Positions 20,717 through 32,807 of a DNA stretch of 64,000 nt are shown here, piece by piece (position 1 is the first letter of the stretch; the number at the start of each line of letters is the position of its first letter). The notes below the pieces were generated by a model. It was not told where the DNA came from, did no database searches, and was given only the letters and a program-made list of their open reading frames with translations. The DNA is taken from the NCBI RefSeq assembly GCF_032444005.1, contig NC_091282.1, positions 326,554,001 through 326,618,000 on the forward strand, read 5' to 3'. Source of the stretch: Ranitomeya imitator. Its lineage: Eukaryota. Position numbers and translations under genes: made by a program.

Positions 20717-21685
20717 TGCTGCTCCCATCCTGCTTCCCATTGTCATGTGCTGCTCCCATCCTGCACCCCCATTCAGTAATGTGCTGCTCCCATCCTGCGC
20801 ACCATTCTGTAATGTGCTGCTCCCATCCTGTAATGTGCTGCACCCATCCTGTGCCCAAATCCTGTCATGTGGTGCTCCCATCCTGCGCCCCCATCCTGTC
20901 ATGTGCTGCCCCCATTCTGTCATGTGCTACTCCCATCCTGCGCCTGTTCAGTCATGAGCTGCTCCCATCCTGTCATGTGGTGCTCCCATCCTGCACCCCC
21001 ATCCTGTCATGTGCTGCTCCCATCCTGCACCCCCATTCAGTAATGTGCTGCTCCCATCCTGCGCACCCACTCAGTAATGTGCTGCTCCCATCCTGCGCAC
21101 CATTCTGTAATGTGCTGCACCCATCCTGTGCCCAAATCCTGTCATGTGGTGCTCCCATCCTGCACCCCCATTCTGTCATGTGCTACTCCCATCCTGCGCC
21201 GTTCAGTCATGAGCTGCTCCCATCCTGCGCTCCCATCCTGTCAAGTGGTGCTCCCATCCTGCGCTCCTCCCATCCTGTCATGTGGTGCTCCCATCCTGCG
21301 CTCCCATCCTGTCATGTGGTGCTCTCATCCTGCGCCCCATCCTGTCATGTGCTGCTCCCATCCTGCACCCCCATTCAGTAATGTGCTGCTCCCATCCTGC
21401 GCACCCACTCAGTAATGTGCTGCTCCCATCCTGCGCACCATTCTGTAATGTGCTGCACCCATCCTGTGCCCAAATCCTGTCATGTGGTGCTCCCATCCTG
21501 CACCCCCATTGTCATGTGCTACTCCCATCCTGCGCCCGTTCAGTCATGAGCTGCTCCCATCCTGCGCTCCCATCCTGTCATGTGGTGCTCCCATCCTGCG
21601 CTCCTCCCATCCTGTCATGTGGTGCTCCCATCCTGCGCCCCATCCTGTCATGTGCTGCTCCCATCCTGCGCCCCATTCTGTCTTC
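20717..21685. repeat. Satellite-like array built on ctcccatcctgc/tgtcatgtg motifs with higher-order repeats
   Basis: About 970 bp of directly visible repeats; source of many spurious C/P/S/H-rich ORFs. Confidence 0.9.
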
Positions 21686-21714
21686 CCCATGATATACATC
21701 TACTGGAGCAATTA

Positions 21715-21906
21715 CTATGTAGTGGGACAGAGAATGATTTCCAGGTCTTCACAGTCTCGGTATTGAGGTTCATCTTGAGATAGCCATGTTTCCTTAGGTA
21801 ATTTTTTTAGTTCAGCCATAGGAAATCTATGAATAGATGTGTCATTGAAAACATCGCTGTAGTGATTACTTTCTGGAAATGGACTTTCTTCTACAACTTG
21901 TAAACT
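21715..21906 (-). CDS. SRRD: SRRD last coding exon
   Basis: ttccacag|SLQVVEESPFPESNHYSDVFNDTSIHRFP...DEPQYRDCEDLEIILCPTT*; matches the recalled SRR1-like protein C-terminus DIFNDTSVHWFP...DYQDCEDLEII. Confidence 0.95.
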   Translation of the reverse strand, partial: SLQVVEESPFPESNHYSDVFNDTSIHRFPMAELKKLPKETWLSQDEPQYRDCEDLEIILCPTT

Positions 21907-22770
21907 CTGTGGAAACACAGAACATTAGTAGCAGTAGCGGAGCATCAAGACACATGCAGCTGGGCCCTGAGCTACTATTGCTTCGTAATTAGCCACCACT
22001 AGGGGGAGCTCATTTGTAGCGCTCCCACTGAGCTCAATAGGCGCTGCATAAACACACATACAGAGTGCTCCCCCCAGTGGTAGCTGTAGGCGTTTCAGCA
22101 ATTAGTTCTATCATTATGAGAAGTGACGCAAGGGTTTTGAAGCTCTAGGTGAAAAATAAAGGACACATCAGGGGCAGAGGACATTTTAAATATTGCGAGA
22201 TAGCAGTTAGTGACAAAGATTTTTGTATACACCCCTGCACACTAACCTACAAAAAAAACTGTTCCTCACTGTCCCTCCTTCCTGAGAATATCTCAAACTG
22301 CTCGGTACAAGCCGCAGCTCTGAGTCAGCCTGGGAGGGCAGAAACTTAATACACGCAAATGTAAAAAATGATCAGATGACTCTTCTGACATGGAGATTCA
22401 AAATAAATACACCAGCCTCATCAGTTTTAAGAGCGTTACTTAATAATTATGCAGTTAAAAATTGTGAAAAATGGTAAGATATACATTTTAGCAATCTATC
22501 CGGTATGCAAATAAGAAGGATGTTGCCATTTTCTGCCAAATCATGTTTAACCTTGATTATATATAGCTGAAGTAAAAAAGGAAACAGAACAAGTAGAATC
22601 TGTATAGGAGATACTGGTTCCACTAAGAAAAACAATAGTAAATCGAATCTGACCCTTCTGCTCTGCATTTTCTATCTGACTGATCAGCAGATTACATGCT
22701 GGGTATCCAAAGTCCAGAAAGAACAGAAGATCTTAATAAAGTCAAGAAGGGTAGATAGGATAGTATAGAG

Positions 22771-22956
22771 CAGTGTTCCCCAACTCCGGTCCTCAATAGC
22801 AACCAACAGGTCATGTTTTCAGGATTTCCTTAGTATTGCACAGGTGATGGACTTATTGCCTGTCCAGGTGATGCAATTATCACCTGTGCAATACTAAGGA
22901 AATCCTGAAAACATGGCCTGTTGGTGGCTCTTGAGGACTGGAGTTGGGGACCACTG
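22771..22956. mobile_element. hAT-type palindromic MITE
   Basis: CAGTGTTCCCCAACTCC...GGAGTTGGGGACCACTG; degenerate 8-bp TSD gtatagag/gtgaagag. Confidence 0.75.
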
Positions 22957-22987
22957 GTGAAGAGTAAGATAATGAAATGGAGCTTAC

Positions 22988-23033
22988 CTTATATATAAAA
23001 GGGTAATCTCTCTGCAGGATTCTGGAAACCAAC
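22988..23033 (-). CDS. SRRD: SRRD coding exon (46 bp)
   Basis: attatag|G LVSRILQRDYPFIYK|gtaagc. Confidence 0.93.
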
Positions 23034-23109
23034 CTATAATATAAGATCACCATGAAACGGGAGGTATATACTTCTCAAACGAATAACCTGGTGATTTACT
23101 CTTACTTAC

Positions 23110-23261
23110 CTTTCTTCTATTCCCTTGAAACTATTGCCAATGATGATCGTTTGCGACAAAGCCTCACATGACCAGTTCCTCCATAGCAGGTTATTATACA
23201 GCGCCTTGCCACAATGCAGCATGAAGAACACGGTGGGCTTCCGGACAGCATGCTTACCCTC
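23110..23261 (-). CDS. SRRD: SRRD coding exon (152 bp)
   Basis: ttgcag|[50 protein letters not shown]|gtaagt; SRR1 core motif HCG..LYNNLLW.NW. Confidence 0.96.
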
Positions 23262-23501
23262 CTGCAATGAAGCACACACATCACAGCCTCCTGCCGTAAG
23301 AACATGACCGATCAGTTTATGGCCCTCTTATATTCAGCCCCCAATAAAGGCATGTTGCGACCAGAAGGGTCTAACAGCGGTTTAACCCCCTCTTTTGGAT
23401 GAAAAAAATATGAGCACTTGACCAATCCAAGCATGGATACTAATTAGGGGATATTTATTAGGATGTACCCTTGTAACATATCTGCGTTTGGCAAAACTTA
23501 C

Positions 23502-23600
23502 TTCATTTTTCATCACATGTGTCAGCCCTAGTTCTCGGAGTACAGCAATCTCCAACCGAGAGAATATTGGATCAAAAACATAGCACTGGTGTCTGGGGAT
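23502..23600 (-). CDS. SRRD: SRRD coding exon (99 bp)
   Basis: ttcag|IPRHQCYVFDPIFSRLEIAVLRELGLTHVMKNE|gtaagt. Confidence 0.96.
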
Positions 23601-23931
23601 CTGAACAGAGAAAAAGAAAGCAAAAAACACCGAAATCATGTCAAGGTCCAGACCTATCACTATAATCTGCTCCTTCTGATTTATGTCACTGGCGCCCTTG
23701 AAATCTCCATACTTCAACCACAAGGACAGGAGAACTGTGGGTAGAGAATAAAAGCCCATATAACTACTGTGTTATGTGCCCTAAGAGGTGATTTCAGTGT
23801 CAGCATTTTCCAGAGGAGATCCACTAGAACTACAGCAAGAGATTATGGTGTATATTAACTACAGGGCACCATTTTCCTTTGTGGGATCTTTAATCTGAAA
23901 AGTTGAAGAAAGTCCAGCATCACCAAATATG

Positions 23932-24910
23932 TAGTCATGGCCGAAAGTGTTGGCACCCTTGAAATTGTTCCAGAAGATGAAGTATTTCTCCCACAAAATT
24001 ATTGCTATTATACGTTTTGTTATACACGGGTTTATTTCCTTTGTGTGTATTGGAACAACACAAAAAAAAAAACCATAGAAAAAAAGGCAAATTGGATAGT
24101 TTCACACAAAACCCCCAAAATGGGCCGGGTAAAATTGTTGGCACCCTCAACTCAATATTTGGATGCACACCCTTTGGAATAAATAACTGCAATCAATCGC
24201 TTCCTATAACAATCAACAAGCTTCTTACACCTCTCAGCTGAAATTTTGGACCACTCTTCTTTTGCATACTTCTCAAAGTCGCTTCTCTTTGAAGATCTCT
24301 CCACTGGTGTTTAATGGGATTTAGATCCGGACTCATTGCTGGTCACTTCAGGACTCTCCAGGATTTATTTCCATCCATTTCTGGGTGCTTCTTGAATTAT
24401 GTTTGGGGTCATTGTCCTGCTGGAAGACCCATGACCTAGGACATAAGCCCAGCTTTCTGACACTAGGCATTACATTGCAACCCAAAATCCTTTAGTGATC
24501 TTCAGATTTCATGATGCCTTGCACACAGGTAAGGTACCCAGTGAAAGAGGGAGCAAAACAACCTCAAAACATCTTTGAATCTCCAACATATTTGACTGTA
24601 GGTACTGTGTTCTTTTCTTTGAATGCATCTTCCAGCTTTCAATAAACAGTAGAATGATGTGCTTTACCAAAAAGCTCTATCTTGGTCTCATTTGTCCACA
24701 AGACACTTTCCCAGAAGGACTTTGGCTTACTCGCATACATTTTGGCAAACTGCAGTCTAGTTTTTTTTATGTCTGTGTCAGCTGTGGGGTCATCCTGGGT
24801 CTCCTGCCATAGCATTTCATTCCACTCCTATATCGACGGATTGTTTGAGCTGACACTGATGCACCCTGGACAGCTTGAGATTCTTTGGAACTTGATTTGG
24901 GCTGCTTAGA
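23932..24910 (-). mobile_element. Truncated, decayed Tc1-like element
   Basis: One TIR-like end (gtcatggccgaaagtgttggcaccctt) and a minus-strand remnant VFQQDNDPKH near 24400-24430; other boundary approximate. Confidence 0.7.
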
Positions 24911-25682
24911 TAATTTGGGATTTGTTGCATATGTGCAATGAGATAAAAGAGCTTGTTCGCTTACAATGTGTTTCAAACGTATAGTTTTTTTTCAAGCGCT
25001 TGAAAAATAACTATACGTTCGAAGCGCGTTGCCTGTTGGCATGCAAGTGAACAAGCTCTTTGATCTGGTTGCACGTATGCAATTAATCCTAGGTCTTCTT
25101 TTCACATGTACACAGTGATGTTGAACTTTCTTCAAATATTATCAGAATCTGGGCTTTCACATATCTCTGTGCATTCAGAAAAACAACTACTAAAGTGCTG
25201 AGTTGGCTTTTCTCTTTTCCAAAATCTAAGACTGAAACCAAAAGTAAAGAGGGAGTAAAGATATAAATCATTTAATTCAATAATATATTGGGATTAGTGC
25301 CCAGAAATCTTCTATGCTGCCATAAAAATTTGTCACACCCCTGGACAAAAGGTGGTGGCACCTGCTTGTCACATGCAGCTTTGTAGCCAATCGCAACATC
25401 GATAAATAGTTCAGCGGATAAAATAATTGCCAAATAAAGCAACACATAACAAGCATGGGTGGTCCCATGTACACGAGACACTGCAAATATCGCTTGTAAT
25501 GGAAGCCAGATAGATTTTGGTGCTTTTTGTCATGAGAAAAAAAATGAGGCCTAGGAAATTGTAATTGGCTAGGGTCTGACCACAGTGTTCCTCTGATCAA
25601 TAGAAAGAAGGGGCTGTGGCCCCTTCAGAGTTCTCCTCTCCTCTGCACAGCAGAGTGCCTTCCTATAATGATCAATCATCAC

Positions 25683-25900
25683 CTTAAATTGTTCCAGGAA
25701 TAAGAGTAGGAAGGCCATTTGGTGTCGGGATATAACACAGGATGTGAAATTTCCCAGGCCATAGCACACACAGTCATAGTGTTGGAGAGAAATGTGGGTA
25801 GATATGGAGCCTTCAAGGTCCAGGTTCTTCATTAACTTCTCATGAACACTGCAGTCATCTGAAGTCACTGGTGAGAAATCTTGACATTTCAGTAGACGAC
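25683..25900 (-). CDS. SRRD: SRRD coding exon (218 bp)
   Basis: ccactag|...HYDCVCYGLGNFTSCVISRHQMAFLLLFLEQFK|gtgatg; SRR1 motif CVCYG(I/L)GNF. Confidence 0.95.
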
Positions 25901-26627
25901 CTAGTGGAAATGTATAATTGTCTTGGTCAGGTGAGTTTAATACTATATGGACCAGACCATTAAAGAAGAATGAAACTTTCTTGGTGATTTTTCATATGTA
26001 CCAGGCACTGCATTTACCTGTAGACCAGTGGGGGTCCATGGCCCGAGACGCTAACTGGTCACACAATAGATATCCGAGTGAACAGCTCAGCTGCGGTTTT
26101 CTCAGAGGTCAACTACGCTAGTGGTGAGGGGCTCGGCACGTGGAAACCCACATGTCTGCAGGTAAATGCAGTGGATGGTCAAGAAGAAAGTTTCATTCCT
26201 CCTTAATTGTCTGGTCCCCCAGAGCTTACCTTTTCCAGTGGCCCCCTGCCATGCTATAAACGCCTGCTAAATATGAAATATCAGCTACCAGCCGAGTCAC
26301 ATATCCCAATGAGTTCCATCCACTTCAACCAATAAAACTAATTTTCAGATGGAACATTTTAGTCACTTACATAACAGTAGTCATTAGTGGTTGTCAGTGA
26401 TACCAATACAAGTTACTAGTACATATAAGGGCAATAAACCTACCATAAACAGAAATCAGTGATATTACAGATAGTAATAACATATGAAAGACAAACGGAA
26501 TAAACTCAGCCACGGCCTCTATAGAAATCGCTATATGTTCAGGGAAAACTCAGCTTCAAGGTTTGTGGCACTTTTTCTGCTATTAAAACGTAGAGAGTCT
26601 ACAGTCTGTGGGTCCCAGCTTTCTTAC

Positions 26628-26668
26628 CTTGACAAGCAGCCCAAAAGTCAGATGCCCGCAGATCTGTC
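26628..26668 (-). CDS. SRRD: SRRD coding exon (41 bp)
   Basis: ttaacag|G TDLRASDFWAACQ G|gtaaga; matches recalled KDLFISDFWSSAL. Confidence 0.92.
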
Positions 26669-28287
26669 CTGTTAAATATAACAAGAGAAGCAGTTATACT
26701 AGAAACGATGGGTATACGGTATGTCAAAGACTGGGGCAGATTGCAGATTTATCCTATTTGCTGGGAAGAGCAGCAGGCGGATCCAGAATTCTGTCCATTT
26801 CATTTTTCTTCTTCTATGACAGATTCAGAATTCATCAGTGCTACATTGCATTACGGGAGATCATTTTTCTTTCTTTGATATAAATACTGTATACAAAAAT
26901 GTTATATTATATCTAGGCACTGCAAAGCAATTAATAGGGGAACTTCATTTTCAGTTATCCTTTCAGAATAAACTGTCCAGTGTATAAGAAATAACGCTTT
27001 CTGGACATTATCTGACGTGTATCCTGTATTTTCACCAGTTTTCCCCTCTGAAGCCATTATCTCTAACTCTCAATGTACTCTGAACTGGTGAGTAGAGACT
27101 AGCTGCTATAACCTCTCCTATACACAGCAAAGCACATGGGTATTCCTGCTCTACTCTTTTTTTTATCACACAGAGAAAACCATCAGCAGAATGTATGGAT
27201 TACATTATTGATCAGTATACATATGAATCCACCTCTGGGGTGAGGTAAAAGCCTTGTTAGAAAGCTCAGCACTATTTATATGGGTCTCCCTCTGCCTGTT
27301 TCCTCTCCCTGCTCCTCACTCCTACCATTTCCCCTCACCATAGAGCAGCAGACCTCAACCTTTCTTAACTAGAAAGCCAGATTCAGCTCTGAGAGATGGT
27401 CGTGAACTTCATGCAGTTCCTCCCACGACCCACAAATTAATGACACCCAAAACCTTCTTTACTAGCACAATGATAGCAAAGGATTCCCCACCGACAGCAC
27501 ACCGAGACCTTGTACCCTCCTCCTTTATAGACAATTACATTCAGTTGTTTCCAACTTAAGCACATTTAATATTCTCACATCAAGCACTCCCATCACACTA
27601 CTGCATCCGGCTTCACGCACCCCTCTAACCTGCAGTATCATCTTATCTAGAACTTACTATGTTTCACCCTAGGATATGTGCGGGAGTACTCACAGACGTC
27701 ACCATCTGGAGACCTTCTATTCATAGCTGTTGACTAGACCGGGTGCTAATGCACCAAGCTGGCAGACAGCCATGTGCCACACATCATGGGTCACCGAGCC
27801 ATTGGTTGGGGACCCTTGTTATACAGTGTAATGGGCTTTATCACATGACACCACAAGTAGCTGGCAATCCGTCATGTGTGAGCAAAACAGAATAGAGTTG
27901 TCTTTTCAGAGTGGGAGATGAGTTCAAGAGACAGAAAAAAAGCAGAAAGATGTGTAATAAGTGTGGCAGGAAGTTGATGTCTCTGATTAGATACATTACA
28001 AAGTCTCTTATAATCGCCTGTACTATTGATAAATGCAAAGTTTGTTAAAAGTACAGTTCCCATTAAAGGTAATAGAAAAGCGGTATATGTGCTTAATTGA
28101 CACTTATCTATGCTTTTTCCGTAGTCAGACATACCAACTATTAAAATTATCCCCACCCAGTAACATATAGCCATCATGACAGGAAAGAAAATATGGATTG
28201 TAAATAAATTATTGACATGCAATTAAAGAATTAGAAGGGTTGTCTAGCCGTATGATATTAACAACCTATAAATAGGTCATCAATGTA

Positions 28288-29902
28288 CAGTACAGACCAA
28301 ACGTTTGGACACACCTTCTCATTCAAAGATTTTTCTGTATTTTCATGACTGTGAAAATTGTAAATTCACACTGAAGGCATCAAAACTATGAATTAACACA
28401 TGTGGAATTATATACTTAACAAAAAAGTGTAAAACAACTGAAAATATGTCTTATATTCTAGGTTCTTCAAAGTAGCCACCTTTTGCTTTGATGACTGCTT
28501 TGCACACTCTTGGTATTCTCTTGATGACCTTCAAGAGGTAATCACTGGAAATGGTTTTCCAACAATCTTGAAGGAGTTCCCAGAGATGCTTAGCACTTGT
28601 TGGCCCTTTTGCCTTCACTCTGCGGTCCAGCTCACCCCCAAACCATCTCGATTGGGTTCAGGTCTGGTGACTGTGGAGGCCAGGTCATCTGGCATAGCAC
28701 CCCATCACTCTCCTTCTTGGTCAAATAGCCCTTACACAGCCTGGAGGTGTTTGGGGTCATTGTACTGTTGAAAATTAAATGATGGTCCAACTAAACGCAA
28801 ACCGGATGGAATAGCATGCCGCTGCAAGATACTGTGGTAGTCATGGTGGTTCAGTATGCCTTCAATTTTGAATAAATCCCCAACAGTGTCACCAGCAAAG
28901 CACCCCCACACCATCACACCTCCTCCTCCATGCAGGCATGTAGAGTCCACCCGTTCACCTTTTCTGCGTCGCACAAAGACACGATGGTTGGAACCAAAGA
29001 TCTCAAATTTGGACTCATCAGAACAAAGCACAGATTTCCACTGGTCTAATGTCCATTCCTTGTGTTCTTTAGCCCAAACAAGTCTCTTCTGCTTGTTGCC
29101 TGTCCTTAGCAGTGGTTTCCTAGCAGCTTTTTTATCATGAAGGCCTGCTGCACAAAGTCTCCTCTTAACAGTTGTTGTAGAGATGTGTCTGCTGCTAGAA
29201 CTCTGTGTGGCATTGACCTGGTAGCTAATCTGAGCTGCTGTTAACCTGCGATTTCTGAGGCTGGTGACTCGGATACACTTATCCTCAGAAGCAGAGGTGA
29301 CTCTTGGTTTTCCTTTCCTGGGGCGGTCCTCATGTGAGCCAGTTTCTTTGTAGCGTTTGATGGTTCTTGCAACTGCACTTGGGGACACTTTCAAAGTTTT
29401 CCCAATTTTTCGGACTGACTGACCTTCATTTCTTAAAGTAATGATGGCCACTCGTTTTTCTTTACTTAGAATTCGTATTATGGCAAGAAAAAAAGCAGCT
29501 AACAGTCTATTCAGTAGGACTATCAGCTGTGTATTCACCAGACTTCTGCACAACACAACTGATGGTCCCAACCCCATTTATAAGGCAAGAAATCCCACTT
29601 ATTAAACCTGACAGGGCACACCTGTGAAGTGAAAACCATTCCCGGTGACTACCTCTTGAAGCTCATCAAGAGAATGCCAAGAGTGTGCAAAGCAGTCATC
29701 AAAGCAAAAGGTGGTTACTTTGAAGAACCTAGAATATAAGACATATTTTCAGTTGTTTCACACTTTTTTGTTAAGTATATAATTCCACATGTGTTAATTC
29801 ATAGTTTTGATGCCTTCAGTGTGAATGTACAATTTTCATAGTCATGAAAATACAGAAAAATCATTGAATGAGAAGGTGTGTCCAAACTTTTGGTCTGTAC
29901 TG
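28288..29902 (-). mobile_element. Full-length Tc1 element (1615 bp) with a defective transposase
   Basis: TA TSD; about 250-bp TIRs starting CAGTACAGACCAAA; transposase motifs GKPR, DESKF, QQYNDPKH (D to Y) and WPPQSPDLNPIE in a shifted frame; start codon inverted. Confidence 0.93.
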
Positions 29903-30008
29903 TAAGATTGATGGGGGTCCGACACCCCGCACTCCCACTGATCAACTGTTTTCAGATCCGACTCCGTTCAAATATAAACAGCGAACAGAGCCGAAACCGC
30001 AGAGCTCC

Positions 30009-30675
30009 TGTCATGACTCAGCTGTCGGATGACCCAAGACCAGAGGCTCCTTCCCTGTCTCTAACACTAGGGGGCGCCTAGCTCGCCCTATTCGCCGGGA
30101 TACTTTTGAAGGTGAAGATGCCAGGGCCATCAACCTTGCTTATCTCCTGAATCCGCCCTCTGTCTGTTCCCTTCCCCCACCCAGAGAAGAGGGGAGCTGC
30201 CATGCACCACAGTACACCAAACAGATGAACAAGGCAACATGAACAAGGGTAAATGAAAATACCAGGCATACAAATATTCACTCACATATAAAAGAGGACT
30301 GCACCAGGGAGTGGAGGATAGGAAAAAATCCAAGTAAGAGGAGGGAAGGGAATTATCACACTGACAAACCCACACAACAGTCACAGATAACTCCTCCAAA
30401 CTCCAAGTACCAAACACCTCTCCTCCAAGCCATGCAGCATAAGCTAGCTCTGATGATGTGTTTCAGTCAGGACCCATATTATATAGGGGATAGGAGTGGG
30501 TAACCGTGCTCAGCTCAGACTCCCAGAGCTCCCAACATAGGAGATTAACCCCTGTTCTGCCAAAAGAAATTACACCACTTAAAAAGAAGGTGAAGTGCTT
30601 CTTTGCAGTGCAGGAGTAGGAGCAATCATACGCTGCAGTCTTCTGGCTCCTCTCTATTGCGGTAACCCCGTGACA
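30009..30675. mobile_element. Solo LTR (667 bp)
   Basis: TGTCATG...CGTGACA terminal IR; perfect 5-bp TSD GCTCC (30004-30008, 30676-30680). Confidence 0.85.
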
Positions 30676-31496
30676 GCTCCAATCAATATACAGCAGTCAT
30701 TGGGCAGAACCGCCATTCACTTTCTATTCAATGCAGTTTTTGTTAACGGCAAATAAATAGTGTACAAAGTGCTGCTGCTCCGGCTCCGCTCACTGTGTAG
30801 AAGACGCCTGAACAATTGGGGTGCTGGGCAGTGATGAGCGGATCGCCCTGCACAACTCTGGCTTCCCCGGCTCTGCAACTGATCACCCGTCTGGCATGAC
30901 GTCACCTGTGCAGCGTGTGGCACACAAATGACATCATGCCATCCCAGCTAGTACTAAACCGAGCCGGGGATACTGGAGGGTATGGAAATTACGAGTAGAC
31001 AGCAATGACCTGGACCATGGACTGTGATTGCACAGAGCGATTTGCTCATCTCTACAGTAGTGCTGGATGTTGGACTTCCACCAATCTGATACTGATGACC
31101 GCTCGTGACAATAGGTCACCAATATCATAAAGACGGAAAACCATTTTAAACCAAAGCTACTAGAAATTTGTGTGGAGATATCATGCAGACTACAGATGGG
31201 CCTAACTTGGTTGGCCGTTGGGTAATATTTGGGAATGGAAATCTGTGACGCTAAATTCACAAAATGTCTGTTGTGATGTCAGGAATAGCTCCCAACATGT
31301 CTGACATCTGCATGCAAAAAACCAGCTATACCACATGTTCTGCCTGATGTCAGTCAATAGCAGTATATACAGGTGCTTTACCGAATCATTTACATTGGTA
31401 TTATTGACAAGGTGTAAACCTCTTTACCTACACCAGGTTACAGATTGTGTCTTCTCTACATGGTGGCCTTGTACAATATACAGATGTGCAACTTAC

Positions 31497-31660
31497 ATGG
31501 TTTCATCAATTCGCTTCATTCCATCAGTGCAGTCTTGTGCCGAGTACAACCCATCAGGACGCTCACAACCTGCAGAATGACATGCTGGACTTCCCTGCAG
31601 CCGAGATGATTTCTTCATGGCCTTTTTCTTGCTAACCATCTGCCATGTGTCTGATTCCAT
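31497..31660 (-). CDS. SRRD: SRRD first coding exon (CDS part, 164 bp; exon begins at 31667)
   Basis: tttctccag|gtccagaATG; MESDTWQMVSKKK...KRIDET AT|gtaagt; all seven exons join in frame to 912 nt (303 aa plus stop). Confidence 0.85.
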
Positions 31661-31755
31661 TCTGGACCTGGAGAAACCAAACAATGGCAGGATTATCCAC
31701 AGCGCTGTACATAGCACACACCGGGGGCATATATCTAGGAAGTCATGGAAGGAGC

Positions 31756-32751
31756 ATGATCAGAGCACACTGACAACCACTGAACTGCCGTACCATGTGA
31801 TTACTATGATCAGAGCACACTGACAACCACTGACCTGCCGCACCATGTGATTACTATGATCAGAGCACACCGACAACCACTGACCTGCTGCACCATGTGA
31901 TTACTATGATCAGAGCACACCGACAACCACTGACCTGCTGCACCATGTGATTACTATGATCAGAGCACGCTGACAACCACTGACCTGCTGCACCATGTGA
32001 TTATTATGATCAGAGCACACCGACAACCACTGACCTGCTGCACCATGTGATTACTATGATCAGAGCACACCGACAACCACTGACCTGCTGCACCATGTGA
32101 TTACTATGATCAGAGCACACTGACTACCACTGACCTGCTGCACCATGTGATTACTATGATCAGAGCACACTGACAACCACTGACCTGCCGCACCATGTGA
32201 TTACTATGATCAGAGCACACCGACAACCACTGACCTGCTGCACCATGTGATTACTATGATCAGAGCACACCGACAACCACTGACCTGCTGCACCATGTGA
32301 TTACTATGATCAGAGCACGCTGACAACCACTGACCTGCTGCACCATGTGATTATTATGATCAGAGCACACCGACAACCACTGACCTGCTGCACCATGTGA
32401 TTACTATGATCAGAGCACACCGACAACCACTGACCTGCTGCACCATGTGATTACTATGATCAGAGCACACTGACTACCACTGACCTGCTGCACCATGTGA
32501 TTACTATGATCAGAGCACGCTGACAACCACTGACCTGCTGCACCATGTGATTACTATGATCAGAGCACACAGACAACCACTGACCTGCTGCACCATGTGA
32601 TTACTACGATCAGAGCACACCGACAACCACTGACCTGCACCATGTGATTACTATGATCAGAGCACACCGACAACCACTGACCTGCTGCACCATGTGATTA
32701 TTATGATCAGAGCACACAGACAACCACTGACCTGCTGCACCATGTGATTAC
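31756..32751. repeat. 50-bp minisatellite, about 20 units
   Basis: Unit ttactatgatcagagcacaccgacaaccactgacctgctgcaccatgtga. Confidence 0.95.
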
Positions 32752-32807
32752 AAGCTGTCTCATTTCAGGTAACTTTTCTGAATAAGGTGTCATGTGTGTA
32801 CATCTAT

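Noticed and set aside
20600-21783. Many Cys/Pro/Ser/His-rich ORFs resembling keratin-associated or metallothionein-like proteins
   Set aside because: Translations of a satellite in all frames
31756-32751. CRISPR-like regular array
   Set aside because: No unique spacers; a plain eukaryotic minisatellite
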